Assembly: GCA_963817955.1 (NCBI GenBank)
Contig: CAWFQK010000002.1
Coordinates: 864,001-928,000 of the forward strand
Direction: 5' to 3'
From: an uncultured Gemmatimonadaceae bacterium
GTDB taxonomy: Bacteria > Gemmatimonadota > Gemmatimonadetes > Gemmatimonadales > Gemmatimonadaceae
Length of the DNA: 64,000 nucleotides
The notes beneath the pieces are model-generated. The model saw nothing but the letters and a program-made list of their open reading frames with translations, made no database searches and was not told the DNA's origin. A program made the position numbers and the translations under genes. Below, in pieces: positions 38,621 to 48,681 of this stretch. Positions within the stretch are counted from its first letter, which is position 1; every line of letters begins with the position of its first letter.

Positions 38621-39670
38621 CTCCTTCGCAGGATGATCCTTTCGATAGTCGGCCCATGACCCATAGGCAATCAACGTATCTGAGAGCGCGCCATGCTCTA
38701 AGATTGCGCAATTGAGCGCTGCGTGGAACAACTCCGGTCTACGCAGAAGAGCCACATGCTCTCCATCGAACTCGTTGAAATCGACTGAGCCTGTCATCAC
38801 CGCCGTCATCCCAACCTGGAGCGGAGTCGACGAGTAAAGCGCCACGCTGTAGGACTTCTTCCCCGAAGGACCGGTGACTCTCGCCGCCGCCCAAGTGACT
38901 GGACCGGATCCCTGATTCTTCACGGAAACCGAGATGTCCAGACGAGATCTGAAGAACCCATTCCGAAGCGACGTCGTTACATTGCCCACGGCAATCGCGC
39001 GCGCCATCTTCTCACGAATCGGTGCGACAACATGCTCGAGACGTAGCGCCTCTACGGAGTCGACGTCGACCAGCAATCTCCCCACATTTCTGATGCCCAC
39101 AACGCGCCAGTGGTCGTCAGCCCGTGCAAGCGCAGCAACGACGGTAAACGTCGTATCGAGATCCGCATCGCGCAGGCGAATATCGACCGATGCGGAATCG
39201 CCCGAGACTACCGACGCACCGAATCCCTGGAACAGCTGAGATTTCGTATTCCTGAGCTGGGATGCGATGCCGCGTAGTATCGCCGGACCGCCGGCAGTCG
39301 ATGCGCTGTCGAGGACGCCGGTCGTGAGTGCCTTTCGCATCTCCTTCTCGACCATCGCGGCGAGCATCGGTTTCATGTTGTCAACGATCGCTGACCCGAG
39401 CGCATAATTGGCGACAGAGATTCCATCCGCCTTGCCTTGCGACTCCGCCACAACTTCCGCTTTCGCGGCCGTGAGAAACCCATCCACGAGCTGCATCGAC
39501 GACGCCGTCACATCCAGGTAGCTCTCGATCTTCGCCTGATCCTTCGCCCTGACGGCCAGTGCAAGCTGCTCGAGCGAGTAGACCGGACGACGCGTGTAGT
39601 AACGCGCACCGGAGAATCCTGAGACGGTAACAATGAGTGTAAGCAGAAGAGCCACGCGACCTTTCGGCAC
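38579..39670 (-). CDS. Membrane-anchored DUF2939-like protein; last 13 aa supplied by IS256
   Basis: N-terminal TM, PVYSLEQLALAVRAKD..YLD, HWRVVGI; start uncertain. Confidence 0.6.
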   Translation of the reverse strand: MPKGRVALLLTLIVTVSGFSGARYYTRRPVYSLEQLALAVRAKDQAKIESYLDVTASSMQLVDGFLTAAKAEVVAESQGKADGISVANYALGSAIVDNMKPMLAAMVEKEMRKALTTGVLDSASTAGGPAILRGIASQLRNTKSQLFQGFGASVVSGDSASVDIRLRDADLDTTFTVVAALARADDHWRVVGIRNVGRLLVDVDSVEALRLEHVVAPIREKMARAIAVGNVTTSLRNGFFRSRLDISVSVKNQGSGPVTWAAARVTGPSGKKSYSVALYSSTPLQVGMTAVMTGSVDFNEFDGEHVALLRRPELFHAALNCAILEHGALSDTLIAYGSWADYRKDHPAKEELMSKGVEIDGRR

Positions 39671-39723
39671 AATGATTCCGTTAATTGAGGTTGGAGGTGT
39701 GTGAACGAACGCTTCGTGCCTTG

Positions 39724-40722
39724 CTAGTCGCAGCTCGCCAAATGACGTCGCGGAGGGAGCTTCCACCGGTGGCCATCCCACCGGATGATGCCTGTTTCTG
39801 TCACGATCTCATCGATCCCGTCTCCATCGACGTCGGAAATTCCGTACACGGTGTACGTGTCGGCGCTTCGCACGAGGATAGTTCCCTGGAGTGACGCGAG
39901 CATGGAGAACTGCGTAGTCTGCCCGTGATCGCTCGGGTCATCGTTGAGGCTTACGCTGAAGAAGGCCAGCGCAACTCCGCCGGGGCCACGGAGTGAATAG
40001 ATCGGCGAGTTCGAGCCGCCAAATGTGCCGAGCCCGTCCGCACCGCTCACGTTCAGTCGAATTTGGGCCGCTGTGCCATACCCGTTTCCGCCGAACGCGG
40101 CCGCCGCCTTGCTTGCCGCCGCGGATACGATGGGTCGTACGATGCGCGCGAGCGCTCCACGTTGCGCTGGGGTAAAGGTTGCAGACGTGCGCTCCGGCAG
40201 GCGCCACGGCGTCACGATTCCTGACTTCAGCGACGCCGCGCCAGGCGTCATAGGCGCGAGAGCGTATGCCCAGCCAGGATACGTCACTCCATCCCCACCG
40301 CACGACGCAAGCTCCTCGACTACCCTGTAGCGTGATCGTGCGACCACGACGAGGGGAACCGTGGCCGGCTTGCCGAGACTCCGCGCGAACACCGTATCGC
40401 CAAGATTTGCCATCGGAAACCCGGCTGTGTCGAACTGCGTTGCGAACAGAACGCGCGCTTGACGGTCTGCCGCCGGTCCGAGCATCGCGGTGAGGTACGG
40501 CGAGTCATCCAGCTTGGCGCGTGAGGTCGGCGGGTTATCCGGCACCGAGGGATTCGCCTTGCCGAGCATGGCTGTCAGCGCGGACGCGGCCTCGCGGGGA
40601 GATACCGGCTTCGGCTGCGCACCCTGCGCTCCCGTGCGCGGCGCAAGCGAAAGAGCCAGGAGGGCCGCGATGGCGAATCCGCCGATGATACGCTTCTGAC
40701 CCTTGAGTCGCATGAGAAACAT
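39724..40722 (-). CDS. Secreted hypothetical protein with a C-terminal FG-GAP-like DVDGDGIDEIV motif
   Basis: Signal peptide; long ORF co-oriented with neighbours. Confidence 0.65.
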   Translation of the reverse strand: MFLMRLKGQKRIIGGFAIAALLALSLAPRTGAQGAQPKPVSPREAASALTAMLGKANPSVPDNPPTSRAKLDDSPYLTAMLGPAADRQARVLFATQFDTAGFPMANLGDTVFARSLGKPATVPLVVVARSRYRVVEELASCGGDGVTYPGWAYALAPMTPGAASLKSGIVTPWRLPERTSATFTPAQRGALARIVRPIVSAAASKAAAAFGGNGYGTAAQIRLNVSGADGLGTFGGSNSPIYSLRGPGGVALAFFSVSLNDDPSDHGQTTQFSMLASLQGTILVRSADTYTVYGISDVDGDGIDEIVTETGIIRWDGHRWKLPPRRHLASCD

Positions 40723-40912
40723 CGATATTGGGATTGGAGAGTCCGACTGTTACCGATTGCGGCCGGAGAGAGGTGCAAGCCGACGGCAAGTCGTGACTTG
40801 GATTCCACGATGGCGCTCACGCGATTTGCACAGGAATGCGTGCGCCACAGGCGAAAACCAATCTGCGTCATTCCGTCGAGGCGCCTGACGGCGCCCCAAC
40901 GGCGCGCTCTAC

Positions 40913-41896
40913 CTAACGCAGCCTCGCCTTCATCTCATTGTCGAAAAATGGCCGAATGAGGTCTGCCCACGGCGACGCTCCATTCTCGGCTTTGAGATTA
41001 ATCGTCCGGCCAACGTTACTATGATTGGGCGGCCACATACATCCCGCCCACACCGGCGGCGTTACGAGAGTGAGCGTCACGACGGCGTGTGGCGGGATTG
41101 CCGGGGCTGGGACCCGGAGCGCCCTCCGGCTGCACCCATAATCCTCCGGGAGCGTCAGCAAGATCGTCGAGCTTCCACCGATAGCAAGCGACGCAGGGTT
41201 ACGAACCCTCCACATGAACGTGCCGACGGCGCGCGGGTCGAATCGCACTGCGGCACTGCTCGGCTTGCTGCTGTCCATCAGTTCGAACTTCGCCACGTCC
41301 ACACGCGTAGGCGACGTCGCGGTCACCGCGTTATTCGCGCGTTGTTTCTCCCCCAGCATGTTCTCCGGATCCACGACGGCGCCAATTTGTAGATCGCGAT
41401 CGCCCACGTCGTGGAGCAGCACTGGTTGCGTAATGGTCGCCGTCTGTCCCGGAGCGAGCGACGGGAGGTTCACCACCACCATTGGGCCATTGCCCGCGCA
41501 TTCCTTCCCATAGCCATTCATCTCGCGGCAGATCGCGATTTCCGCCGCTGGCGATGCGACTTTGCCTGCATTCTCCACAACGACCACCACCGGCACAGCG
41601 ACGTCGTTGGCGATCATAGCGGGCGCGGTGATGCTCCTGGCTCGCAAATCGAAGCCGGGGCCACACGCGCGCTTCGTCGAGCACGGGGCATCGGTGAACG
41701 TGATGCCTGCCTTGACGACAGGGATCACGGTGCCTGGTGTTTCGATATTCACGGTCAGTGTGATACCGTCGCCGGTCAATACGCCGCTCTTGAGGCCGGC
41801 GGCGACAGGATCGTTCGCGTCCTGAGCCCGTGACATGCTTGGCGTGATCGTGCTGAAAGCGAAGAGGGCTAGGGATGATACCAGTCGAATTTTCAT
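40913..41896 (-). CDS. Secreted protein with CARDB-like Ig domain
   Basis: Signal peptide; VENAG, LPSLAPGQT, VDPENMLGEKQRANN. Confidence 0.7.
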   Translation of the reverse strand: MKIRLVSSLALFAFSTITPSMSRAQDANDPVAAGLKSGVLTGDGITLTVNIETPGTVIPVVKAGITFTDAPCSTKRACGPGFDLRARSITAPAMIANDVAVPVVVVVENAGKVASPAAEIAICREMNGYGKECAGNGPMVVVNLPSLAPGQTATITQPVLLHDVGDRDLQIGAVVDPENMLGEKQRANNAVTATSPTRVDVAKFELMDSSKPSSAAVRFDPRAVGTFMWRVRNPASLAIGGSSTILLTLPEDYGCSRRALRVPAPAIPPHAVVTLTLVTPPVWAGCMWPPNHSNVGRTINLKAENGASPWADLIRPFFDNEMKARLR

Positions 41897-42219
41897 CGGA
41901 GCTCTGTCTTGGTGGTTATTGGAGGTAATGCATTGGTGCCAAACCGGTGAGTCTTGTCTGCGTAACTCGCCCGTTGCTTCTTGACCGCGACGGCGACACA
42001 AGCAACTACGGCGGGCGCATTCTTAGAACCCCATGCTGGTCCTGAAAAGCAGTGAGACGTGCCCTGGGAACTACACGTCCCGGTTGTAGAGACTTGCACA
42101 GCGGTCCGCACGGTCGGCACCTATGCTGTATTGCCGCCAAAGCGGTACATACTTTATCATGCGACATCACGAACGCCAAAATGGCAATTCCAACAGTATC
42201 GGCTCTCCCCATTCAAACA

Positions 42220-45200
42220 ATGAATCGTTTTGCAGATCTCGTACTGCTGGTTGCCGTGGCATCCATACCCTCCTTCGGACTGGCGACACGATCTGAGGCT
42301 CAGCATCCGCCAGGTATGCCTGCCGCTGACCGCCGCCGCGCGCTTGCAGACGCGCACACGGCGGTTGATGCCGGCGAACACGGCGCATCCGCGTCTCTCA
42401 ACTCAATGCGCCTGGCCGCACTCGAGCGATTGGGCAATGCCTATCTTCGCACCTGTCATCCGGACTCCGCGCGCACCATCGCCGCGTCGTTGCTGCGCGA
42501 AGTGCCGGCATCCGACGTGTCGAATGCGCGCTTCCGCCTGTTGGCGGGGCGAGCCCTTGGCGCCTGCTCAACCGGCAATCTCTATCCACAGTTCGAGCGC
42601 ACACAGATGGAACGGGACAGCGCCCTTACTCTGTTCACCCATGCTGCAGAGGAAGCGAAACGCGGCGGTGATGCGGAGACCGCCTTTGCTGCGCTCATTG
42701 AGGCCGTTCCCTTGATCGCACTACGCCGTGCAACGGACACGCTCGCACCGGTCGCACTGGCACAAGTCGCTCTATCTCACGCACGCGTCCTCACGTTGAA
42801 CCCCTCGATGGGTGCGGCGCCCGGAGCGATCGCGCGACGCGAGGCGTTTCTCTCGGTAGCGGCGGCGCGGATCGAGATGGTGAGGAGCTCGACCATGAGC
42901 GACGCCAGCGCTGCGGCATACCAGGATGCACTTGCGCGCACCAATGCGGCAGGTGACACGACGCTCCTCGAGGATCTCCTCGCCGAACGGGCAACGCACT
43001 ACCGTAATGCTCTGATGGATGAGGAAGGCCCGGCGCGGTTCGATTCCGCGCGCGTCCTGTTGACGCGCGACCGCGACGTGGCACTCGCGGCGCACGACAC
43101 ATTGGAGCTCATTCGCGCACACAACCGCCTCATCGAACTCACCGGCCTTGGTGACCAATCGGGTCTCCGTGGCGGCGACCACGAGATGAGCGTTGAACTA
43201 CGAGAGGTACGCGCGCTTGCCAGGGCAACTGGGGAACGACGCTTCACCTCTCCCTATTTGTTGTCGATTGTCGCGTTGAGGGAGCTCGAAGCGGGGCGAG
43301 TCGACACTGCGGAGGTGGTAGCCGCAGAGGCGCGCGCGTTGGTGTCCGCGAGCGGTGACAGCACGGCGCTCGTGACCGTCACTACCGTCCAGCAGCTGAT
43401 CCGTCAGAAGGTCGGTCGGGCTTCCAGCGTGGGTAACGCAGACGGCGACAGAGTCATTCAAGTCGAAGGGAAAGTCGATAGCCCGGCCTGCCTTGCCGTA
43501 GAATGCAAAGCCAAAGCGGCGACGGCAGAGCAGCCTCCCGCCACCACCGATGACGCGCCTGTCAGAGCGGCGATCGCACACGCACGCGCCCTGCCTCCTG
43601 ATGGCTCCGCTGCGAGCGACACTGATCGCCTGCGAGCGAGACTCGATGCCGCTCGCCTACAGAACGAGTGGACTCGCCGATTCCCGACCAACGAAATTCC
43701 AGCCGACGCGAGCTTGGCCAAGCGTAGCTATGCCGACACGCTGCTCGCCGCTTGCGCCTCACTGCTGCGCTGGGGAAAGGAGCCAAGTGCGGCGTCATTC
43801 GCCGCCGCGGTGGAGGCGCGCCACGCCGCCGCACGCGGTGATTCGTTGGGTGCGATCGCGATGTATCGTCGGGCCGGGGTGCTTGCTGACGACGCCGATC
43901 CCGTGACATCTGCATTACAACATGGCATCATCGCTGGCCAACTCATGCATCTCCGCTCTCCCGCCGCATTTGCCGAGGCCTCGGCGCAACTCGCGGCAGC
44001 AGCCGATGCGGTGGCACGAGCGCGGCGTCATGCTGGCGGTGATGCAAATCGCGTTGCCCTTGCCGACGCAGCATGGTCGGCCAACATCTTCAGGTTGTGG
44101 GCAGCAGTCGAATTCGCCCGCGAACGTCCGCTTGCCATGCTTGCCATCGCAGAGCGGGGACGCGCGCAGGCACTCGCGGACCTCCGCGACTCAGGGCGAC
44201 AGACGCGCGAGGAGATACCGCTCGACTCCGCGCAATCCGCCGCCGTCGTCGAAGGGCTCGATCGTGAGGCGAGCGCACTCGTGAGGCGCGCCTTGCGACA
44301 CGCGCGTGCCGTGCTCGTACATCGCTTCATGGCGGGCGGGCTTGTTACCTGGCTTTTCACCGATGCCGGCTTCAAGATCGATTTGGCCTCGGGCGTGTCA
44401 CCGCAATCGCTCGCCGATCTGTCGCCCTCCGGCATCCCATTTGGAGCGGACACATTGCTAACCCGCCAGCTCGCGAGGTATCTGCTTCCGCCAGGTATGA
44501 GAGACCTGCTGCCAGGCGCTGGTGAACTGCTTGTCGTGACCGATGGCACACTCAATCTCGTGCCGTTCGCCGCGCTACCACTCGATGGCAGGCACCTGCT
44601 GGGCGACGAGCATGCTGTGCGCGTTGCTCCGTCACTTGCGCTCGTAGGCGAGCCTGCAGCGCGCCCAACCAGCCCCAGTGAAGTACTCGTCGTCGGCAAC
44701 CCAACAATGCCTCGCGTGGCAACAACTGACGGCAAGAATCGCCAACTTCCGTCACTACCGGGCAGTGAAGCGGAGGCACGTGCGGTCGCGGGGCTATTCG
44801 GCGCGACGCCGCTCCTTGGGGCGGCCGCCACGGAGACTGCGGTACGTCTTCGCTTGCCGCACGCGGCGCTGATTCACATCGCATCGCATGGGCGCGCCTT
44901 CGCCAATCCAGAGACGGCGCGAAACTCGTTCGTTGCGCTCGCGCCCGATTCGACGAATGACGGCTTTCTCACCGTCGGAGAACTTCTCGATCCGGGTGGT
45001 CCGACGCTCATCGCAGGTCTTGTCGTACTGAGCGCATGCGAGACGGCTCTGGGTGACCCGACGCGTTCCGAAGGCGTCGTTGGACTTCAACGTGCCTTCC
45101 TGGCCAGCGGAGCACGCACGTTGCTCGTGACGCTCTGGCCGGTGAGCGACCGCGCCGCAGCGCTGATCGTGCGTCGCTTCTATGCTCATTGGCAGGGCGA

Positions 45201-45321
45201 TTCCGATAAACCGAGCGCCGCCGAGGCATTGCATCGTGCGCAACGGGAACTGCGAGTAGGGGTGCCGGGGATGGAGTCGCCTGCGCAGTGGGCGGGATTT
45301 CAGGTGGTTGGTGCTGGCTAA
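42220..45321 (+). CDS. CHAT-domain (caspase-like, clan CD) protease with TPR-like N-terminus and signal peptide
   Basis: AERGRAQAL, LNLVPFAAL, IHIASHG (His), VVLSACET (Cys), WAGFQVVG. Confidence 0.9.
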   Translation: MNRFADLVLLVAVASIPSFGLATRSEAQHPPGMPAADRRRALADAHTAVDAGEHGASASLNSMRLAALERLGNAYLRTCHPDSARTIAASLLREVPASDVSNARFRLLAGRALGACSTGNLYPQFERTQMERDSALTLFTHAAEEAKRGGDAETAFAALIEAVPLIALRRATDTLAPVALAQVALSHARVLTLNPSMGAAPGAIARREAFLSVAAARIEMVRSSTMSDASAAAYQDALARTNAAGDTTLLEDLLAERATHYRNALMDEEGPARFDSARVLLTRDRDVALAAHDTLELIRAHNRLIELTGLGDQSGLRGGDHEMSVELREVRALARATGERRFTSPYLLSIVALRELEAGRVDTAEVVAAEARALVSASGDSTALVTVTTVQQLIRQKVGRASSVGNADGDRVIQVEGKVDSPACLAVECKAKAATAEQPPATTDDAPVRAAIAHARALPPDGSAASDTDRLRARLDAARLQNEWTRRFPTNEIPADASLAKRSYADTLLAACASLLRWGKEPSAASFAAAVEARHAAARGDSLGAIAMYRRAGVLADDADPVTSALQHGIIAGQLMHLRSPAAFAEASAQLAAAADAVARARRHAGGDANRVALADAAWSANIFRLWAAVEFARERPLAMLAIAERGRAQALADLRDSGRQTREEIPLDSAQSAAVVEGLDREASALVRRALRHARAVLVHRFMAGGLVTWLFTDAGFKIDLASGVSPQSLADLSPSGIPFGADTLLTRQLARYLLPPGMRDLLPGAGELLVVTDGTLNLVPFAALPLDGRHLLGDEHAVRVAPSLALVGEPAARPTSPSEVLVVGNPTMPRVATTDGKNRQLPSLPGSEAEARAVAGLFGATPLLGAAATETAVRLRLPHAALIHIASHGRAFANPETARNSFVALAPDSTNDGFLTVGELLDPGGPTLIAGLVVLSACETALGDPTRSEGVVGLQRAFLASGARTLLVTLWPVSDRAAALIVRRFYAHWQGDSDKPSAAEALHRAQRELRVGVPGMESPAQWAGFQVVGAG

Positions 45322-45509
45322 CCAATCGGGCGAATGAGAATCAGGATGGCGAGAGTGCGGACCGCAGCAGGCCAGACGCCTTTACAGCGATCCGGGAGCC
45401 CCGTACGCTTCGCCTGCTCCCCGCTGGCTGTCGAAATCCGTCGGCCCGACACGTGGATGATACAGAGCACGGCACGGTCGCCGTGGCCTAATCGAGGACA
45501 CCAAGACCT

Positions 45510-46118
45510 TTGTCGCCAACGGCCGATGCTGCTTTTTCACGGATCTATGAATCGCAGTACGCGCTACTCGTTCGCCAGATGCGCCGGCAGTATCGAGCGC
45601 AGAGCGATGCTGTCGAGGACGTGGTCCAGGATGCGTTTCGCAAGCTCTGGGAGCGCCTGGCCAATGCGACGGCGGAGGAGTGGAGGCAAGAGTGGGGTGG
45701 GTGGATCTTTCGCGTCGCGAACAATGCGATGCTTGATCGTACCCGTACCGCACGTCGCCACGCCTCGGAGCCGATCGACGACATGGAACGCACCGCCGGC
45801 GCGGTGGACCGTGCCGCGTTACAGGAGGGTCTTCGCGGCGCGATGGATGGTTGGCAGGGGAACGGGTTTCTCGGGAGCGACGAGGATGGCGCGATGGGTG
45901 AAGGCACGGAGGAGCGACTGGATGCAATGCGCGCGGTGCTGCGGGAGCTTCCCGACCGCGACCGCGTCTTACTGACGCTCAAGTACATGGATGGCCTATC
46001 GTACGAGCAGATCGCCGAGCGCACCGGGTATGCGCGCGGCGCACTCGGAACGCTGTTGCTTCGCGCTCGGCGCGCTGCGGAGGCAGGTATTCGACGCGTC
46101 CAGAGGGCCCCATGCTGA
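45510..46118 (+). CDS. ECF sigma-70 factor
   Basis: EDVVQDAF..W, WIFRVANN (region 2); LPDRDRVLLTLKYMDGLSYEQIA (region 4). Confidence 0.9.
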   Translation: MSPTADAAFSRIYESQYALLVRQMRRQYRAQSDAVEDVVQDAFRKLWERLANATAEEWRQEWGGWIFRVANNAMLDRTRTARRHASEPIDDMERTAGAVDRAALQEGLRGAMDGWQGNGFLGSDEDGAMGEGTEERLDAMRAVLRELPDRDRVLLTLKYMDGLSYEQIAERTGYARGALGTLLLRARRAAEAGIRRVQRAPC

Positions 46119-46948
46119 CCGAACGGGACGAGGAGCTGCTGCAGGCCTATCTCGATGGCGAAGCCACCGCCGAGCAGGAACGGGTCGTGGAGCTTCGACT
46201 CGCGAACTCCCGGGAATGGGGCGAGGCAGAAGCACGACTTCGCGAGACGATGGCCGCGTGCGCAGAGCTGTTCGCGCCCCTCGCCGAAGATGATACCGTG
46301 CTGCTCCGGTCGATACCGAAGGCCACCCTCGCCGCGACGCCGTTGGGGCAGAAACGCGCGCACCGCATGGTGCCAATCTGGGCTGGAGGTCTTGCCGCCG
46401 CCGCTGCGATCGTCGGGATCGCGTTCATGCTGCGAGACGGCGTGGTCCTGCACCGCGCCACGGCGCCAGCGCACGTCGCCTCTGCTGAGCGGGAGAAAGT
46501 TCCCGGCGCTGTCCCGGCCGCGCCGGCGTTGCGGGACGCCATATCGGGTGCAATCGCTTCGCCTCGCGCCCCGATCGACCGGCGGGCTGCGCATACCCAG
46601 AGTGAGTCCGGCGTCGAGCTCGCGGGTTACGTGCCCTCTCGAGTCGTGACAGACTCCACGCTCGGCGTGCCGGTGACTCACGTCGATTACGCGCTGGCTG
46701 GTGGCAGCACGCTGACCCTCGAGCTCAGCGATGCCATCGGCGGGGATACACGGAGCATCCCGGGCGCGCCGCTGTCGGTCGCGGACACGACGCACGGAGC
46801 GACGTTCGTGCGGGGAGACGCCACGAATTCACTTACCTGGCGATTACCGGATGGTCGTGTCGCGCGGCTGTCGGCATCGCTTCCCGAAACGAAGCTTCGG
46901 CAACTGCAGCGACGCGTACGGGCCGTAACGTTGCCTGCTCATCGGTGA
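46112..46948 (+). CDS. Transmembrane anti-sigma factor (zf-HC2-like N-terminus lacking zinc ligands)
   Basis: LLQAYLDGE...; TM WAGGLAAAAAIVGIAFML; overlaps sigma gene stop. Confidence 0.8.
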   Translation: MLTERDEELLQAYLDGEATAEQERVVELRLANSREWGEAEARLRETMAACAELFAPLAEDDTVLLRSIPKATLAATPLGQKRAHRMVPIWAGGLAAAAAIVGIAFMLRDGVVLHRATAPAHVASAEREKVPGAVPAAPALRDAISGAIASPRAPIDRRAAHTQSESGVELAGYVPSRVVTDSTLGVPVTHVDYALAGGSTLTLELSDAIGGDTRSIPGAPLSVADTTHGATFVRGDATNSLTWRLPDGRVARLSASLPETKLRQLQRRVRAVTLPAHR

Positions 46949-47191
46949 ATTTCGAGTAGGCCCCGTGCGTCTGGCGGGGCGCTGTCACATCCTGTGGCTC
47001 CAGGACGGGTGGCTCATGTGCACGCCCGTTCCGGTCGACACCTCCACGGTCAATATGATCGAGAGGCGGTTCCAGGCGGCGCGCACCCGTTGTCCATTTC
47101 AGCATTCCGTCGCCGAGTGTGCAAATACTCGCGGGCGCGTCGTGAAGAGAATACGCTCGTTATATGATCCTTCACGTGCGTCGCGTTTGCG

Positions 47192-47437
47192 GTGGCTGAC
47201 ATGACTTCGCGTATAATGACATCACTCGACATGACCCCGTGCCCGTACTGCTCTGCCGACGTTGCGTGCAGGCCTCACGTGATCAGGCTGGGCGTTGATC
47301 CCCGGATTCAGGTGTTCGCAAACGCGAGTTACTGTCGGTGCGGCTTCGCCGTGCTCACGCCGTACGCACTGACCGCGATCGACGACATCGCGCGTGCGCT
47401 GATGGCTCGCGACGGAGTCAGCGGGCGCACGTCTTGA
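47192..47437 (+). CDS. Small zinc-ribbon protein, copy 2
   Basis: MTPCPYC...YCRCG; 47021-47449 is homologous to 23640-24140. Confidence 0.5.
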   Translation: MADMTSRIMTSLDMTPCPYCSADVACRPHVIRLGVDPRIQVFANASYCRCGFAVLTPYALTAIDDIARALMARDGVSGRTS

Positions 47438-47488
47438 AGGTGCTGGTGGGCAGGCGCGTCGGAGAGCCGGCGCCAAACTATCGCGTTC

Positions 47489-47872
47489 TCAACTCGCCGA
47501 CAGCAGTCGCACCTTCTCAGCTTCGAACTGCACATCGGTGAGCATGCCAGCCTGTTTCAACTCGTGCAGTTCCTTCAGCTTGCCGATACGATCCGTCCCG
47601 CCCGCCCCAGTCGCGTTCGCCGTATTGGCGACGTTGACGATGATGTTCTGCGGCTGCGCGGTCGCGAATCCGACATTGTACTTCGCATTGAACGCGGCGT
47701 CGCTCATGATCAGCAGCAGAATGCACTCGACCAATGCGACGATGGCGGGAATGAACGTCCAGCAGAACAAGAGATACAGAATACCCTGGCCGCCCCGGTC
47801 GAGATAGAACTTATGCGCGCCAAAGCCGCCCAAGAAGAACGCCAGTACGGCGGCGGTGCCTTTGCTCTTCAT
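47489..47872 (-). CDS. TM2/NINE-domain membrane protein with C-terminal SHOCT
   Basis: LAFFLGGFGAHKFYL, LYLLFCWT; LKELHELKQAGMLTDVQFEAEK. Confidence 0.88.
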   Translation of the reverse strand: MKSKGTAAVLAFFLGGFGAHKFYLDRGGQGILYLLFCWTFIPAIVALVECILLLIMSDAAFNAKYNVGFATAQPQNIIVNVANTANATGAGGTDRIGKLKELHELKQAGMLTDVQFEAEKVRLLSAS

Positions 47873-47906
47873 CGTCAGTACTCCACGGGTTTGATGTGAA
47901 CTGCTG

Positions 47907-48494
47907 TCACGCGTCGTCTCGGATCCTGGACGTGAGATCGCGCGGTGCTTTGAGGAATGCGTAGTAGTAGTCGCCGGTTTCCACGTCGACGTCTTCGACG
48001 AGCTCGCCGCGCCGTCGGAGCCATCCGAGCGCGCGCACGACGTCCCCCTCGCTCCAACCGAGTTGTGCGCGAATCCAGTCAACTGTTTGGAACGAATGCG
48101 ACCGCGCAATCAACGCACTGACGGCAGCGACCGCCTCACGCGTTGAAGGATCCGGTGCGGGTGTGCCGCGGATTGGCAACCCGTAGTGTCGCATTACGCC
48201 CAACACCACTGTTCCAATACCAACGGGAATCAGAATCGCGCCGTCGCGTAGAAACTCCAATGCGGATTCGGGGAAACCACCGTGGACGAGAACGGCGCCC
48301 ACGCCGAATAGCGCGATCGCGGTCCCGAGTACGAGGTAGGTCGGAGTGGAGAGGGGAATCCATTGAAGAAATGCGAGTCCCACCTCGGGCGGCGGCGATA
48401 CACGAACGCCGCTCATCGCGGACAGCGGATCATTCCCGCCGATTCTGATCTGCGAGCCTTTCACACTCACATCGCCAACTCGAATCTCATCCAT
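47907..48494 (-). CDS. Two-TM membrane protein with winged-helix-like C-terminus
   Basis: Two hydrophobic helices; TVDWIRAQLGWSEGDVVRALGWLRRRGEL. Confidence 0.6.
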   Translation of the reverse strand: MDEIRVGDVSVKGSQIRIGGNDPLSAMSGVRVSPPPEVGLAFLQWIPLSTPTYLVLGTAIALFGVGAVLVHGGFPESALEFLRDGAILIPVGIGTVVLGVMRHYGLPIRGTPAPDPSTREAVAAVSALIARSHSFQTVDWIRAQLGWSEGDVVRALGWLRRRGELVEDVDVETGDYYYAFLKAPRDLTSRIRDDA

Positions 48495-48681
48495 CGGCTC
48501 TCCCGCCGTCGATCGCCAAGGTGCAAAGTGGCGAAAAGCTTATCCCTACCGCAGCGCCAGCAATGACGAAGTTGGCGGCGCTCTGTTGGCGGTGAACGAC
48601 CCGGCGCGGAAGTCGTTCCGTCGCGGGCGTTGCATTCGGTAGGCGACTGTGCTCCATGCTTCGTACAATTTCGCGCCCGAT

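Noticed and set aside
42220..46948. Type III-E CRISPR (Craspase) locus
   Set aside because: No Cas7-11, Csx30/Csx31 or array; only the CHAT/sigma analogy holds
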